A stretch of 64,000 nucleotides of DNA from positions 4,942 to 68,941 of the forward strand of contig JANQQB010000331.1 of NCBI GenBank assembly GCA_028285165.1, given 5' to 3'. A model generated the notes under the pieces. That model was not told where the DNA came from and ran no database searches. It was given only the letters and a program-made list of their open reading frames with translations. The DNA comes from Rhodobiaceae bacterium (GTDB lineage Bacteria > Pseudomonadota > Alphaproteobacteria > Rhizobiales > JANQQB01). Below, in pieces: positions 36,169 to 44,420 of this stretch; within the stretch, counting starts at the first letter, position 1; each line of letters opens with the position of its first letter. Both the position numbers and the translations under genes were made by a program.

Positions 36169-37754
36169 AACGACTCAAGGAACCGGATCAGGTCGGCGCG
36201 CTCGGCGGATGTCAGGTCGACAACACGATCGCGCGCGGCCTGCGCTTCGCCACCATGCCACAAAATCGCTTCAAGCAGCGAGCGGGCGCGCCCGTCGTGC
36301 AAGAAATAGGTATGCCCGTTTACGGTTTCGGTAAGGCCGATGCCCCAGAGCGGCGCCGTGCGCCATTCCTGGCCGGAGGCATCGCCGACGGGCCGGCCGT
36401 CGGCCAGACCAGGGCCCATATCGTGCAACAACATGTCGGTATAGGGCCAGATCAGCTGGAACCGGTGTTCTTTCTGGAGCGCATCGCGCGAGGTCACGAA
36501 TTTCGGCACGTGGCAGGCGACACAACCGGTTTCGTAAAACACCCGCTTGCCCCGCAGCACGTCCGGCGCATCAACATCCCGGCGCGCCGGCACCGCCAGA
36601 TTGCGTGAATAAAAGACCACCAGATCGAGGATCGGGTCGGGGGCTTCGGTATCGCCGAGCCGCTCCTGGACGCCGTGCGGGGCGGCCACACAAGCCGCCT
36701 GGTTTTCGGTGCAATCCCCCCAGGCTGCGGGCGCATGCGGATTGGAGATGCCGATATCTCCGGCAAAGGCGCCGGCGCTCTGCGCGTGCACAGTCGGGTT
36801 GGAGGCTTTCCAGCCGAAGCGGCCGAGCGTCAGAGCCTCGGTCGCCGGATCACGCACGATGCTCACTTTTCCCGAAATGCCGTCACCATCCAGATCATCG
36901 GGATCGGCGAGCGCTTCGATGTCGACGCGGTGGATCGCTTCCAACAATCCAAGTCCGATCATCGGCGGCGCGATGCGCGGCGACAGCATGGTTTCCGGGT
37001 CGAGCGGTCCGTAGCCCAACCGGTCGACGGAATAGGTCGGCTTGCGCAGGCTGACGGTCTCGCCGCCGTTCAATTCGACTTCGATTTCCTCATAGGTGAT
37101 ACGCATGCGGCCTTCACCGGGCAGGCCGGGAACCGCAAAATCCTGCAATTGTCCGCCATAAGTCGGCTCGGGAATGCGCAGCAGCGTCTTGCGGGCGAGT
37201 GCGTCGTGTTCCGCCTCGGTCCGCGGCGGTACCGAGAGCCTCAGGAACATCGAGGTCGCCAGGTCGTCGGGACCTTCTGGAGGATGGCCGCGGCCGTCCT
37301 TCAAATGGCAGCGCTGGCAGGACCGCGCGTTAAACAGCGGTCCCAATCCGTCGGACGCCTGTGTCGACGATGGCGACGACACCCAGACTTTTTTGAAAAG
37401 CCCGTTTCCGAGCTTGAAATCCTGTTCGCCTTCGAAGCTGAGATTGCCCAGCGGATCGGAAAACGCGTTGCGGTTGGCGCGAGCCCGGGACGTTGCGGCA
37501 CCGGCCGACATGCGCTCGAAACGCTCTGGCGCGGAGAAATCCGAGGTTGGCCGCGTCACAGTTTCGACGCGTGCCCGATCCTTGTCGCTAAGGTCCTGGC
37601 GGACCGTCAACCCGGTTGCAGCGGCGTCCAACGCTACAACGCCTAGACCAAACAAACAAAAGGGGACAAACAGAACAGGGGCGGCTCCTGAGAAACCACC
37701 CCTGCATGCCGACCTCACCAATCGGTTTCGGTCGGAATCGGACGATGCGGTCAT
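36165..37754 (-). CDS. Di-heme cytochrome c 'oxidoreductase/peroxidase' (DUF1111 family)
   Basis: Two CxxCH motifs (CQRCH, CVACH). The ATG at 37754 overlaps the stop of the Bfd-like gene (ATGA). The longer track ORF to 38075 was rejected. Confidence 0.85.
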   Translation of the reverse strand: MTASSDSDRNRLVRSACRGGFSGAAPVLFVPFCLFGLGVVALDAAATGLTVRQDLSDKDRARVETVTRPTSDFSAPERFERMSAGAATSRARANRNAFSDPLGNLSFEGEQDFKLGNGLFKKVWVSSPSSTQASDGLGPLFNARSCQRCHLKDGRGHPPEGPDDLATSMFLRLSVPPRTEAEHDALARKTLLRIPEPTYGGQLQDFAVPGLPGEGRMRITYEEIEVELNGGETVSLRKPTYSVDRLGYGPLDPETMLSPRIAPPMIGLGLLEAIHRVDIEALADPDDLDGDGISGKVSIVRDPATEALTLGRFGWKASNPTVHAQSAGAFAGDIGISNPHAPAAWGDCTENQAACVAAPHGVQERLGDTEAPDPILDLVVFYSRNLAVPARRDVDAPDVLRGKRVFYETGCVACHVPKFVTSRDALQKEHRFQLIWPYTDMLLHDMGPGLADGRPVGDASGQEWRTAPLWGIGLTETVNGHTYFLHDGRARSLLEAILWHGGEAQAARDRVVDLTSAERADLIRFLESL

Positions 37755-38206
37755 TGGGCCTCGGCTTGTTCCTTCACGGGCGCGTTCGCGAGATCGCCAT
37801 GGCGGATCCGGTCGGGAGACGAGGACACATGAAGCGCCTCCCGACCGGTTGCACCACGGGTAATACCCGTCGCGGTCTGGGGAACCATGCGGGCTCGCTG
37901 GTCGCGGCGGTCCTTGAGGGCGCGCAGACGGGTCAGCGTGCGTTCCGCCCAGCGGCGTCGTTCCGCATGCCGTGCCTGGTCGGCGAAGATCGGGACATGC
38001 GGGCTGTCGCCGTTGCGGATTTCGTCGACCGTGGCGATCATCACGTCGATCAGGGTCGGGAAACATCCGCAGCATTTGCCGCGTTTGTTCAGCCCGTGCA
38101 GGACGGCGCCGGGGGTCAGGTGGATCCAGGGGTCGTCGGCCAGAAGGCTCGCAATGACTCCATCGATATCCGCCTTAGAGATGATGTTGCAATGGCAAAT
38201 GATCAT
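37751..38206 (-). CDS. Bfd-like (2Fe-2S)-binding protein with ~90-aa basic C-terminal extension
   Basis: MIICHCNIISKADIDG...GKCCGCFPTL shows the C-x-C ... C-x2-C pattern of bacterioferritin-associated ferredoxin. Confidence 0.75.
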   Translation of the reverse strand: MIICHCNIISKADIDGVIASLLADDPWIHLTPGAVLHGLNKRGKCCGCFPTLIDVMIATVDEIRNGDSPHVPIFADQARHAERRRWAERTLTRLRALKDRRDQRARMVPQTATGITRGATGREALHVSSSPDRIRHGDLANAPVKEQAEAQ

Positions 38207-38232
38207 GTCACTGGTTCCCGGCGCTTTAAGGC

Positions 38233-39465
38233 CTATTCGAACACGGCACTTGGATTGTCGAGACTGTCGGAGCCTTCGAAGTCGATGGATCCGAGATCGA
38301 GCGCGGCGACCACCCGTTCGATCGAGCGGGTCTGATCGACGAGGCCGTCGATGGCGGCTTGCACCACACCATTCCCGACCGCGTTGCCTTCGCCGATCAT
38401 CTGATCATAGGCTTCGATGCTCTCCGCGCGGGCTTTCATGGCCGCCATGGCGCCAACTGTCGCGTCGAGTTTGTCCGTCAGTTCGGCATCGAGAGCCGCA
38501 TCCGATTGCGCGACGAGGTCCGACACGGACGGTCCGGAAACCACCGACCCATCAACCCGGCGATAATGACCCGAATAGACGTTGCGAATGCCGATCTGAT
38601 TGAAATAGTGGGAATTGTGCGTGTTGTCGGCGAAACAATCATGCTCTTCTTCCGGGTCGTGCAGGAGCAAGCCGAGCTTCATGCGCTCGCCGGCCAGTTC
38701 GCCGTAGGACAGAGACCCCATCCCGGTCATGAGAGCCGTCAGGCCGGCCTTCGGATCTGACGTGACGCCGGTACGCGCGGCACCGCCGTCGGCCCAATTC
38801 CCGACCATTTCTTCCAGATCTGCGATCAAAAGCGTTGATGCGGATTTCAGATAGGCTGCGCGCCGGTCGCAATTGCCGTTGGTGCAGGCGGCTGTATCAA
38901 AGTCGGTTGCCGGGCGGTTGCCAGCGCCGGCTCCCGTGCCGTTGAGATCCTGGCCCCAGAGCAGAAACTCGATTGCGTGATATCCGGTCGCGACATTGGC
39001 CTCGACATCTTCCGCCTCGTGCAGCACGTCAGACAGGAGGGTCGGCGAGATCGTACTGGCATCGACGCTTGCGCCGTTCACGGTCAAGCTGGCATTGGCG
39101 ATGACGTTGACGGTGTAGAGCGCGTTTTCGTCCGCCTCGGTGCCGTATGAGGAATCGACATAGTCGATCAGCCCTTCGTCGAGCGGCCAGGCATTCACCC
39201 GTCCTTCCCAATCGTCGACGATGGCATTGCCGAACCGAAAGACTTCGGTCTGCTGATAGGGAACCCGCGCGGCGACCCAGGCGGCGCGCGCGGCCAGCAG
39301 CGTTGCCTCCGACGGCGCAGCGATCAGGGCATCGATAGCCGCGTCGAGCGCACGCGCGGTTGTCAGACTGTCTTCGAAACCGGCCAGTGCGATATCCGCG
39401 TAGGTCGACACGATCTCCTCAGGCGTTGCTGCACTTGCGGGAGCAGACCACAGGCCGAGACCCAA
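38233..39465 (-). CDS. Imelysin family protein (peptidase M75-like), copy 1; true start probably upstream of 39465
   Basis: GYHAIEFLLWGQDL (imelysin GxHxxE motif). The track start is the TTG at 39465. A signal-peptide-like sequence continues in frame upstream to 39534 without a canonical start (see findings). Confidence 0.8.
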   Translation of the reverse strand: MGLGLWSAPASAATPEEIVSTYADIALAGFEDSLTTARALDAAIDALIAAPSEATLLAARAAWVAARVPYQQTEVFRFGNAIVDDWEGRVNAWPLDEGLIDYVDSSYGTEADENALYTVNVIANASLTVNGASVDASTISPTLLSDVLHEAEDVEANVATGYHAIEFLLWGQDLNGTGAGAGNRPATDFDTAACTNGNCDRRAAYLKSASTLLIADLEEMVGNWADGGAARTGVTSDPKAGLTALMTGMGSLSYGELAGERMKLGLLLHDPEEEHDCFADNTHNSHYFNQIGIRNVYSGHYRRVDGSVVSGPSVSDLVAQSDAALDAELTDKLDATVGAMAAMKARAESIEAYDQMIGEGNAVGNGVVQAAIDGLVDQTRSIERVVAALDLGSIDFEGSDSLDNPSAVFE

Positions 39466-39552
39466 TGCCGTTGCGGCTGCGAACGCAGGAAGCCTTCCTG
39501 CCCGAAGCTCGTTCCTGAAGGTTTGATACGTGATGGAGTTTACCTTTTGCCT

Positions 39553-40053
39553 CTAGTGAAAATGTTCGCGGGGGGGCCGTGCGGCGATATCCTCGATCAC
39601 GGCGTAGGGCACGGGCATCAAGGTCTGTCCCATGTCGTTCAGGCTTCCGGCTAGGCCGTCTGCCGTTTTTTCGGTTTCGGACCGGCCATTGGGCTCGACC
39701 AGGTGGTCGAGGCAAAAGCCGGCGGATGCGGCATCGTTGTGCTGCAGGGCGGCGATGAGCGACACGGCGAGGCACTCGTCACGGCACAGGCGTTGGCATT
39801 GAAACGGAAAGAACCGGCGCGGTTCGTGCGACCACGTCCGGAACGTGCGCACCCAGCAGGTCAGCGCAGAAAGCGCAACGCGCCCGTCCGTCGGGCCCAA
39901 TTCCTTGGCAAAGAGCGACCAGGCCAGTTCCCAAGGTGTGATGGATCCGGTTTCGTAACCGGCCATCCAATACCGATAGCCGTCGATCACAAGCCGTTCC
40001 GGAAGGCGGTCCAACAGGCAGGTCCGGTTGCCGCACGGGAGTTTTATCGCCAT
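39553..40053 (-). CDS. Hypothetical 166-aa Cys-containing cytoplasmic protein, first gene of the imelysin operon
   Basis: MAIKLPCGNRTCLLDRLPERL...FPFQCQRLCRDECLAV. The ATG at 40053 has GGAG 8-11 nt upstream. No family recognised. Confidence 0.5.
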   Translation of the reverse strand: MAIKLPCGNRTCLLDRLPERLVIDGYRYWMAGYETGSITPWELAWSLFAKELGPTDGRVALSALTCWVRTFRTWSHEPRRFFPFQCQRLCRDECLAVSLIAALQHNDAASAGFCLDHLVEPNGRSETEKTADGLAGSLNDMGQTLMPVPYAVIEDIAARPPREHFH

Positions 40054-40221
40054 CGCATCACTCCGTCTCGGTGAGGCGATCGCGGAAACCGGCGTGCGAA
40101 GAGGAGGCCAGTACTGGAAGAACATGGGCGTCCGGTCGTGCGAAAATCGGGCAAATCGGCAGCCCTTCCGGCTCCGACAGTCCGCCTTTCCAACCGACAA
40201 TCCGTCGGTGCGCAAAGCGAA

Positions 40222-40391
40222 GGTTTCATCTCATCGATCCAATCAACAGGGTTAAAGGCCCAGCCATCAGACTTGTCGCGAATGCAACGCAGAACCATAA
40301 GCACATAGAATCTGACGTGACAACAAAAAAGATAACAAAAACAGTAGTTTAGAATGATTATAGATTGGAATTATTCCAATTCTAAACTAGC
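40222..40391 (-). promoter_or_regulatory. Promoter/operator plus conserved leader module, copy A
   Basis: On the minus strand: TTAGAA-17 nt-TATAAT (-10 at 40362-40357). Nested palindromes are TAGTTTAGAAT-N23-ATTCTAAACTA (40345-40389) and TTGGAAT-T-ATTCCAA (40365-40379). Homologous to 42043-42206. Confidence 0.6.
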
Positions 40392-40395
40392 GCTT

Positions 40396-40599
40396 TCAGG
40401 ACCGTGGCTCCGCCGGCAGGCCGAGGCGTTTCAAGAGGCCGACAAGCGTCACCGGCTCAGACGTGCCGTCCTCGGGGTGGTCGCAGCCTTGCAGCCGGTC
40501 GATTTCAAAGCCGATCGCGCCGCAATTCTCGCAATCGCCGCAGCAGGTCTTGGCGACCGAGAGCAGATCCGAGCGGGATACGGAGGATTTGTCTGACAT
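40396..40599 (-). CDS. Hypothetical 67-aa Cys-rich protein (CCGDCENCG...C), coupled to the DUF2325 gene
   Basis: Its ATG directly follows the TGA of the upstream gene (TGAATG). Third-position GC is about 80% by my count, supporting coding. Five Cys residues. Confidence 0.5.
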   Translation of the reverse strand: MSDKSSVSRSDLLSVAKTCCGDCENCGAIGFEIDRLQGCDHPEDGTSEPVTLVGLLKRLGLPAEPRS

Positions 40600-41862
40600 T
40601 CATTGCTCCCCTGTGCGTGGGGTGTCCAAGGTCGAGGCGAGCCGTTCGAGCGCTGTGCGAAACGAGGACTGGCTGGCGCTGCGCAGCGGCAGAAACGGCT
40701 TTTCCAGACGTTGACAGGCCCGCTTCGCCCGGATGCACGCATCATGGCTCACGCAATCGACCGGACACAGAACGCAATCCACCGACGGCAGGAGCCGGTC
40801 CAGCCGTTGCGGTGTCTGCTCCAGACCTCCGTCATGGTGACGCAGGTCCACGTCGAACTCAGCGGCCACTGTGCGCAGGCGATCGACGACGCTGTTGAGC
40901 CCCCCGATATAAAGAACGACCTTGCCGGAGAGGGCGTCGCTGCGATCAAGCGATTCAGGCTCCGGCGTGTCCCGATCCGCAGACCGATTGGTTTCGACAA
41001 GCCCTGTCCCGTCGCCGACCGGAGTGCCGAAGAGCCGCAGGCGCTCTTCAAGGGCCTTCTCGCTGCGTTCCGCCTGCCGTGCCCGTTCGCGGGCCGATAC
41101 CAGGGCCCGTTCGAGTTTTTCCATGCGCAGATTCGTCTTGCGGCGACGTGTTCCGTGTCGGGCAAAAGTAGTTTTTTCGGCTGCCGCAACCTGACCCTTG
41201 AGCCGGGCCATCTCCTCGCGCAGGCCGGCAATCTCCTCGTCGCGAGCCCGGATGGCGTCATGCAGGCCCGCTTCGTTGCGGCGGGCGCGGTCGAGCGCGT
41301 CCTGCAGTTGATCGCGCAGCGCGACGGTCTCAACGGCTTGCTTGCGGAAGGTCGCGCCGGCAAGATGCGACAGCATGTGCACCTCGCCGAAGATCCGGTT
41401 GCGCATTGGGGCAGGGATATGGCCATGCGTCATGAATGCCCAATAGGCGGCGGCGATCTGGCCCTTGTCGCGCATGTCGTCCCACAGGTCGGCAAGGTCC
41501 GTGTCGTCGCGTGTGCGGCCGACACGCCGAACGGCGCCGGTATATCGCTCGTCCATCATCTTCTGGAACAGGCGTGTGAACGGGCCGTTCTTTGTCGATT
41601 CCGCGACGAAATAACCGTGGATCTCATAGTCCGCCGCGTCGGCGTCGATGACGACGGACAATCGGTTTGCAAGCCGCCGAAGATCCGTCACCGAGGCACA
41701 GGTGCCGACAATGGAGCAGTGCACGTTTTCGGGAATTTCATGCAGCTTGATACGTCGCTTCTGCCCGTTCGTGCGGCTTTGGGGGCGGTTGAGACTCGAA
41801 CCAAGGTCTGCAAGCCTGCCTGAAAGCGAAAATTTCGGCAGATTGTCTCGCGCATCACACAT
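40600..41862 (-). CDS. DUF2325 domain protein with N-terminal unknown domain and central coiled coil
   Basis: C-terminus VVLYIGGLNS...RHHDGG...VDCVLCPVDCVSHDACIRAKRACQRLEKPFLPLRSAS fits my recollection of DUF2325. The middle ~100 aa are heptad-like and Arg/Glu/Ala-rich. Confidence 0.65.
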   Translation of the reverse strand: MCDARDNLPKFSLSGRLADLGSSLNRPQSRTNGQKRRIKLHEIPENVHCSIVGTCASVTDLRRLANRLSVVIDADAADYEIHGYFVAESTKNGPFTRLFQKMMDERYTGAVRRVGRTRDDTDLADLWDDMRDKGQIAAAYWAFMTHGHIPAPMRNRIFGEVHMLSHLAGATFRKQAVETVALRDQLQDALDRARRNEAGLHDAIRARDEEIAGLREEMARLKGQVAAAEKTTFARHGTRRRKTNLRMEKLERALVSARERARQAERSEKALEERLRLFGTPVGDGTGLVETNRSADRDTPEPESLDRSDALSGKVVLYIGGLNSVVDRLRTVAAEFDVDLRHHDGGLEQTPQRLDRLLPSVDCVLCPVDCVSHDACIRAKRACQRLEKPFLPLRSASQSSFRTALERLASTLDTPRTGEQ

Positions 41863-42042
41863 CAGCCGGTTCCGGCTCCAAAATGTGTCTCGCAGCCTTG
41901 TCTGTCGTCAGCATGACATGCCGGCAGGCAGGCAATGCCACAACTGCAATTGATCGATAATGGAAAGAAATGGTCTTTCGGAATCGATGAGCGAATGGCG
42001 TGTGTGACCTGTCCGGATCGAGCCGGTTCCGCAAGGCGCATG

Positions 42043-42206
42043 GCTTTCATCTCCAATCAACGGGGGGCAAGGCCCTGTCATCAGATGGGTCACGAGGCAA
42101 CCGTGACCGGAGGGTATAGAATTGCGACGCAATCGCAAGTGTTTTTGTCGAAAAATCAATAGTTTAGAATGATTATACTTTGGAATTATTTCAATTAAAA
42201 AGTAGC
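42043..42206 (-). promoter_or_regulatory. Promoter/operator plus conserved leader module, copy B
   Basis: TAGTTTAGAATGATTATA (42160-42177, with minus-strand TATAAT at 42177-42172) and TTGGAATTATTTCAA (42180-42194). Downstream blocks are shared with copy A. Confidence 0.55.
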
Positions 42207-42372
42207 CTGCCGCATGTCGTCGGCGGCGTCGGAGGAAGTCGGCGGCCAGCCGGGATCGGTCGGATCGATTCCATAGATGGCCGATGGGCGACGGCTTTCG
42301 GAAGGCTTGCCAAGTCGAAGCGATTGATTGTCTACTGACATCTGGATCGGGCAAGAGCGAAGGCGGGGTATC

Positions 42373-43473
42373 GTGTCAGACAGCGTAACCGGAAGTGCCA
42401 TCTCCGTTTCTGGAATCACCAAACGGTTCGGCGACGGTCCGGACGGTGTCACGGCGCTCGACGCGGTTTCCGTCGACATCCGCGAAAACGAGTTTTTCAC
42501 GCTGCTCGGACCCTCCGGCTGCGGCAAGACCACGTTGCTGCGTCTGATCGCCGGGTTCGATCACCCCGACGCCGGGCGCATCCTTTTGCATGGCGAGGAC
42601 ATTTCCGGCCTGCCGCCGTTTCGCCGCTCGGTCAATACGGTCTTCCAGTCCTACGCCCTGTTTCCGCACATGACGGTTGCGGACAATATCGGCTTCGGCC
42701 TTGAAATGCAGGGCCGGCCGAAGGCCGAAATCGGCCGTACCGTCGATGACATGCTGGCGCTGGTGCAGATGGAGGCGCTGAAAAACCGGCGCACCGACCA
42801 GATCTCCGGCGGCCAGCAGCAGCGCGTCGCACTGGCCCGCGCGCTCGCACCGCATCCAAAAGTCCTGCTCCTTGATGAGCCGCTGTCCGCGCTCGACTAC
42901 AAACTGCGCAAGGAAATGCAGATCGAATTGAAACGGCTGCAGCACGAAACCGGCATCACGTTCATCTTCGTGACCCACGACCAGGAAGAGGCGTTGACCA
43001 TGTCGGACCGCATCGCGGTGATGCAGTCCGGCCGCATCCTGCAGATCGGTGCGCCGGAGGAGATCTACGACCGGCCGGCGGACCGGTTCGTCGCCGACTT
43101 TATCGGCGACAGCAATTTCCTTTCCGGCGAGATCCTGGCGCGCGGCGAGGCCGGTCACGCCATTCGGCTGGGATCCGGGTGCGAAGTGCCGGCACGGCTT
43201 CCCGACGGCATGGCAAGCGGCGGCCGCGCCACCATTGTCGTGCGGCCGGAACATGTCGATCTGGTTGCCGGCGGGACTGAGGACACGCTGGCCGGGGTCC
43301 TGGAGAACATCGTCTATTTCGGCACCGACACGCATTTCCATATCCTGCTCGACAGCGGCGAGCCGTTTATTGCCCGCTTGCAGAATACGCGTGGTGCCCG
43401 GCGGGCTTTTGAGACCGGTCAGGCGGTCGGGATCCGCATCGAGCCCGAGGCGATCCAGGTGTTGCGCGACTGA
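42373..43473 (+). CDS. potA: Spermidine/putrescine-type ABC transporter ATP-binding protein
   Basis: [35 protein letters not shown], and a TOBE-like C-terminus. The start is either the GTG at 42373 (RBS AGGCGGGG) or the track start at 42328. Confidence 0.9.
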   Translation: MSDSVTGSAISVSGITKRFGDGPDGVTALDAVSVDIRENEFFTLLGPSGCGKTTLLRLIAGFDHPDAGRILLHGEDISGLPPFRRSVNTVFQSYALFPHMTVADNIGFGLEMQGRPKAEIGRTVDDMLALVQMEALKNRRTDQISGGQQQRVALARALAPHPKVLLLDEPLSALDYKLRKEMQIELKRLQHETGITFIFVTHDQEEALTMSDRIAVMQSGRILQIGAPEEIYDRPADRFVADFIGDSNFLSGEILARGEAGHAIRLGSGCEVPARLPDGMASGGRATIVVRPEHVDLVAGGTEDTLAGVLENIVYFGTDTHFHILLDSGEPFIARLQNTRGARRAFETGQAVGIRIEPEAIQVLRD

Positions 43474-44420
43474 TGGAGGGCTCGCGCGCCGGCCACCAGG
43501 ACCTGAAGGCGGTGCAACCCGCCGTGCTTGAAGAACGCCGTGCCACGCGCGGCAAGTTTCTGCTGACCGTGCCGGCGCTCGTGGTGCTGTTCTTCTGCGC
43601 CCTCGGGCCGCTTGGCATCATGCTGTTCTATTCGTTCCTGACCGCCGGCGATTTCGGGGGGGTGGTGTGGCGGTTTTCGCTTGACGGCTGGTTCAACGTC
43701 TTCTTCGCGCGTGACATCTTCGACGATACAGTTTCGATCGCCGACGCCCACGTTTCGATATTCTGGCGCTCGCTGCGCCTGTCCGTCCTGACCACGCTTT
43801 TGGCGCTGGTGCTCGGGTTTCCGACCGCCTATTTCATCGCCACCCGGCCGGCCGGCTCGCGGAACTTCTGGCTGTTCCTCGTCACCATCCCGTTCTGGAC
43901 CAATCTCCTGATCCGGACCTTCGCCATCATGGAGTTGATCCGTGCGCAGGGCGTTCTGAACACCGCGCTGATGGCACTCGGCCTGATCGACGAACCGCTG
44001 CGCCTCATCTTCACCGACTTCGCGATCATGCTCGGCATGACCTATGTTTACCTGCCGCTGATGGTGCTGCCGCTCTATGCGTCGATGGAAAAGCTCGATT
44101 TCCGGCTGGTCGAGGCCGGGTATGACCTCTACGCCAACCGCCTCCGTGTGCTGTGGCGCATCATCATTCCGCTGGTCAAACCCGGCATTGTCGCCGGTTC
44201 GATCCTGGTCTTCATCCCCTCGCTCGGCGCCTATGTGACGCCACGGGTGCTTGGCGGCGGCAAGAACCTGATGCTCGGCAATCTGATCGAATTGCAGTTC
44301 GGCCAGGGGCGAAACTGGCCGCTCGGCGCGGCCCTGTCGATCACCTTGCTGGCGATCGTCATGGTCGCGCTGATCATCTATGTGCGCAGCGTCCAGAAAT
44401 CGGATCTGCGCCATGGCTAG
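43473..44420 (+). CDS. potB: Polyamine-type ABC transporter permease
   Basis: TGATG overlap with potA and a six-helix permease with an EAA-type loop. Confidence 0.85.
   Translation: MEGSRAGHQDLKAVQPAVLEERRATRGKFLLTVPALVVLFFCALGPLGIMLFYSFLTAGDFGGVVWRFSLDGWFNVFFARDIFDDTVSIADAHVSIFWRSLRLSVLTTLLALVLGFPTAYFIATRPAGSRNFWLFLVTIPFWTNLLIRTFAIMELIRAQGVLNTALMALGLIDEPLRLIFTDFAIMLGMTYVYLPLMVLPLYASMEKLDFRLVEAGYDLYANRLRVLWRIIIPLVKPGIVAGSILVFIPSLGAYVTPRVLGGGKNLMLGNLIELQFGQGRNWPLGAALSITLLAIVMVALIIYVRSVQKSDLRHG

Noticed and set aside
37755-38075. N-terminal 107-aa extension of the DUF1111 ORF (track ORF 36165..38075)
   Set aside because: The extension overlaps the Bfd-like gene in another frame and is Pro/Arg-rich. 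The ATG at 37754 gives an ATGA overlap with the Bfd-like stop and a plausible signal anchor.
39553-39555. TAG read-through fusing the 166-aa protein to the imelysin
   Set aside because: The two ORFs are in the same frame. A fusion would bury a signal peptide inside a cytoplasmic protein, which is biologically implausible. A non-canonical start or a sequence error is the simpler explanation.
40346-40364. Reading the twin operator as a classical Fur box
   Set aside because: TAGAATGATTATAGATTGG matches only 10/19 positions of GATAATGATAATCATTATC by my count. The Irr ICE-like reading fits better (12/14). Neither is proven.
40354-40596. 80-aa plus-strand ORF opposite the 67-aa Cys-rich gene
   Set aside because: It begins inside the AT-rich operator. 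The minus-strand ORF has the coding-like GC3 and is coupled to the upstream gene.
41862-42056. 64-aa Cys-containing upstream ORF whose stop overlaps the DUF2325 start (TGATG), and its counterpart at 40044..40304
   Set aside because: Third-position GC is only about 53% by my count, against about 80% for real genes here. The two leader ORFs share no peptide similarity beyond the first residues, although the DNA is conserved. I therefore treat them as untranslated leader. A regulatory uORF cannot be fully excluded.
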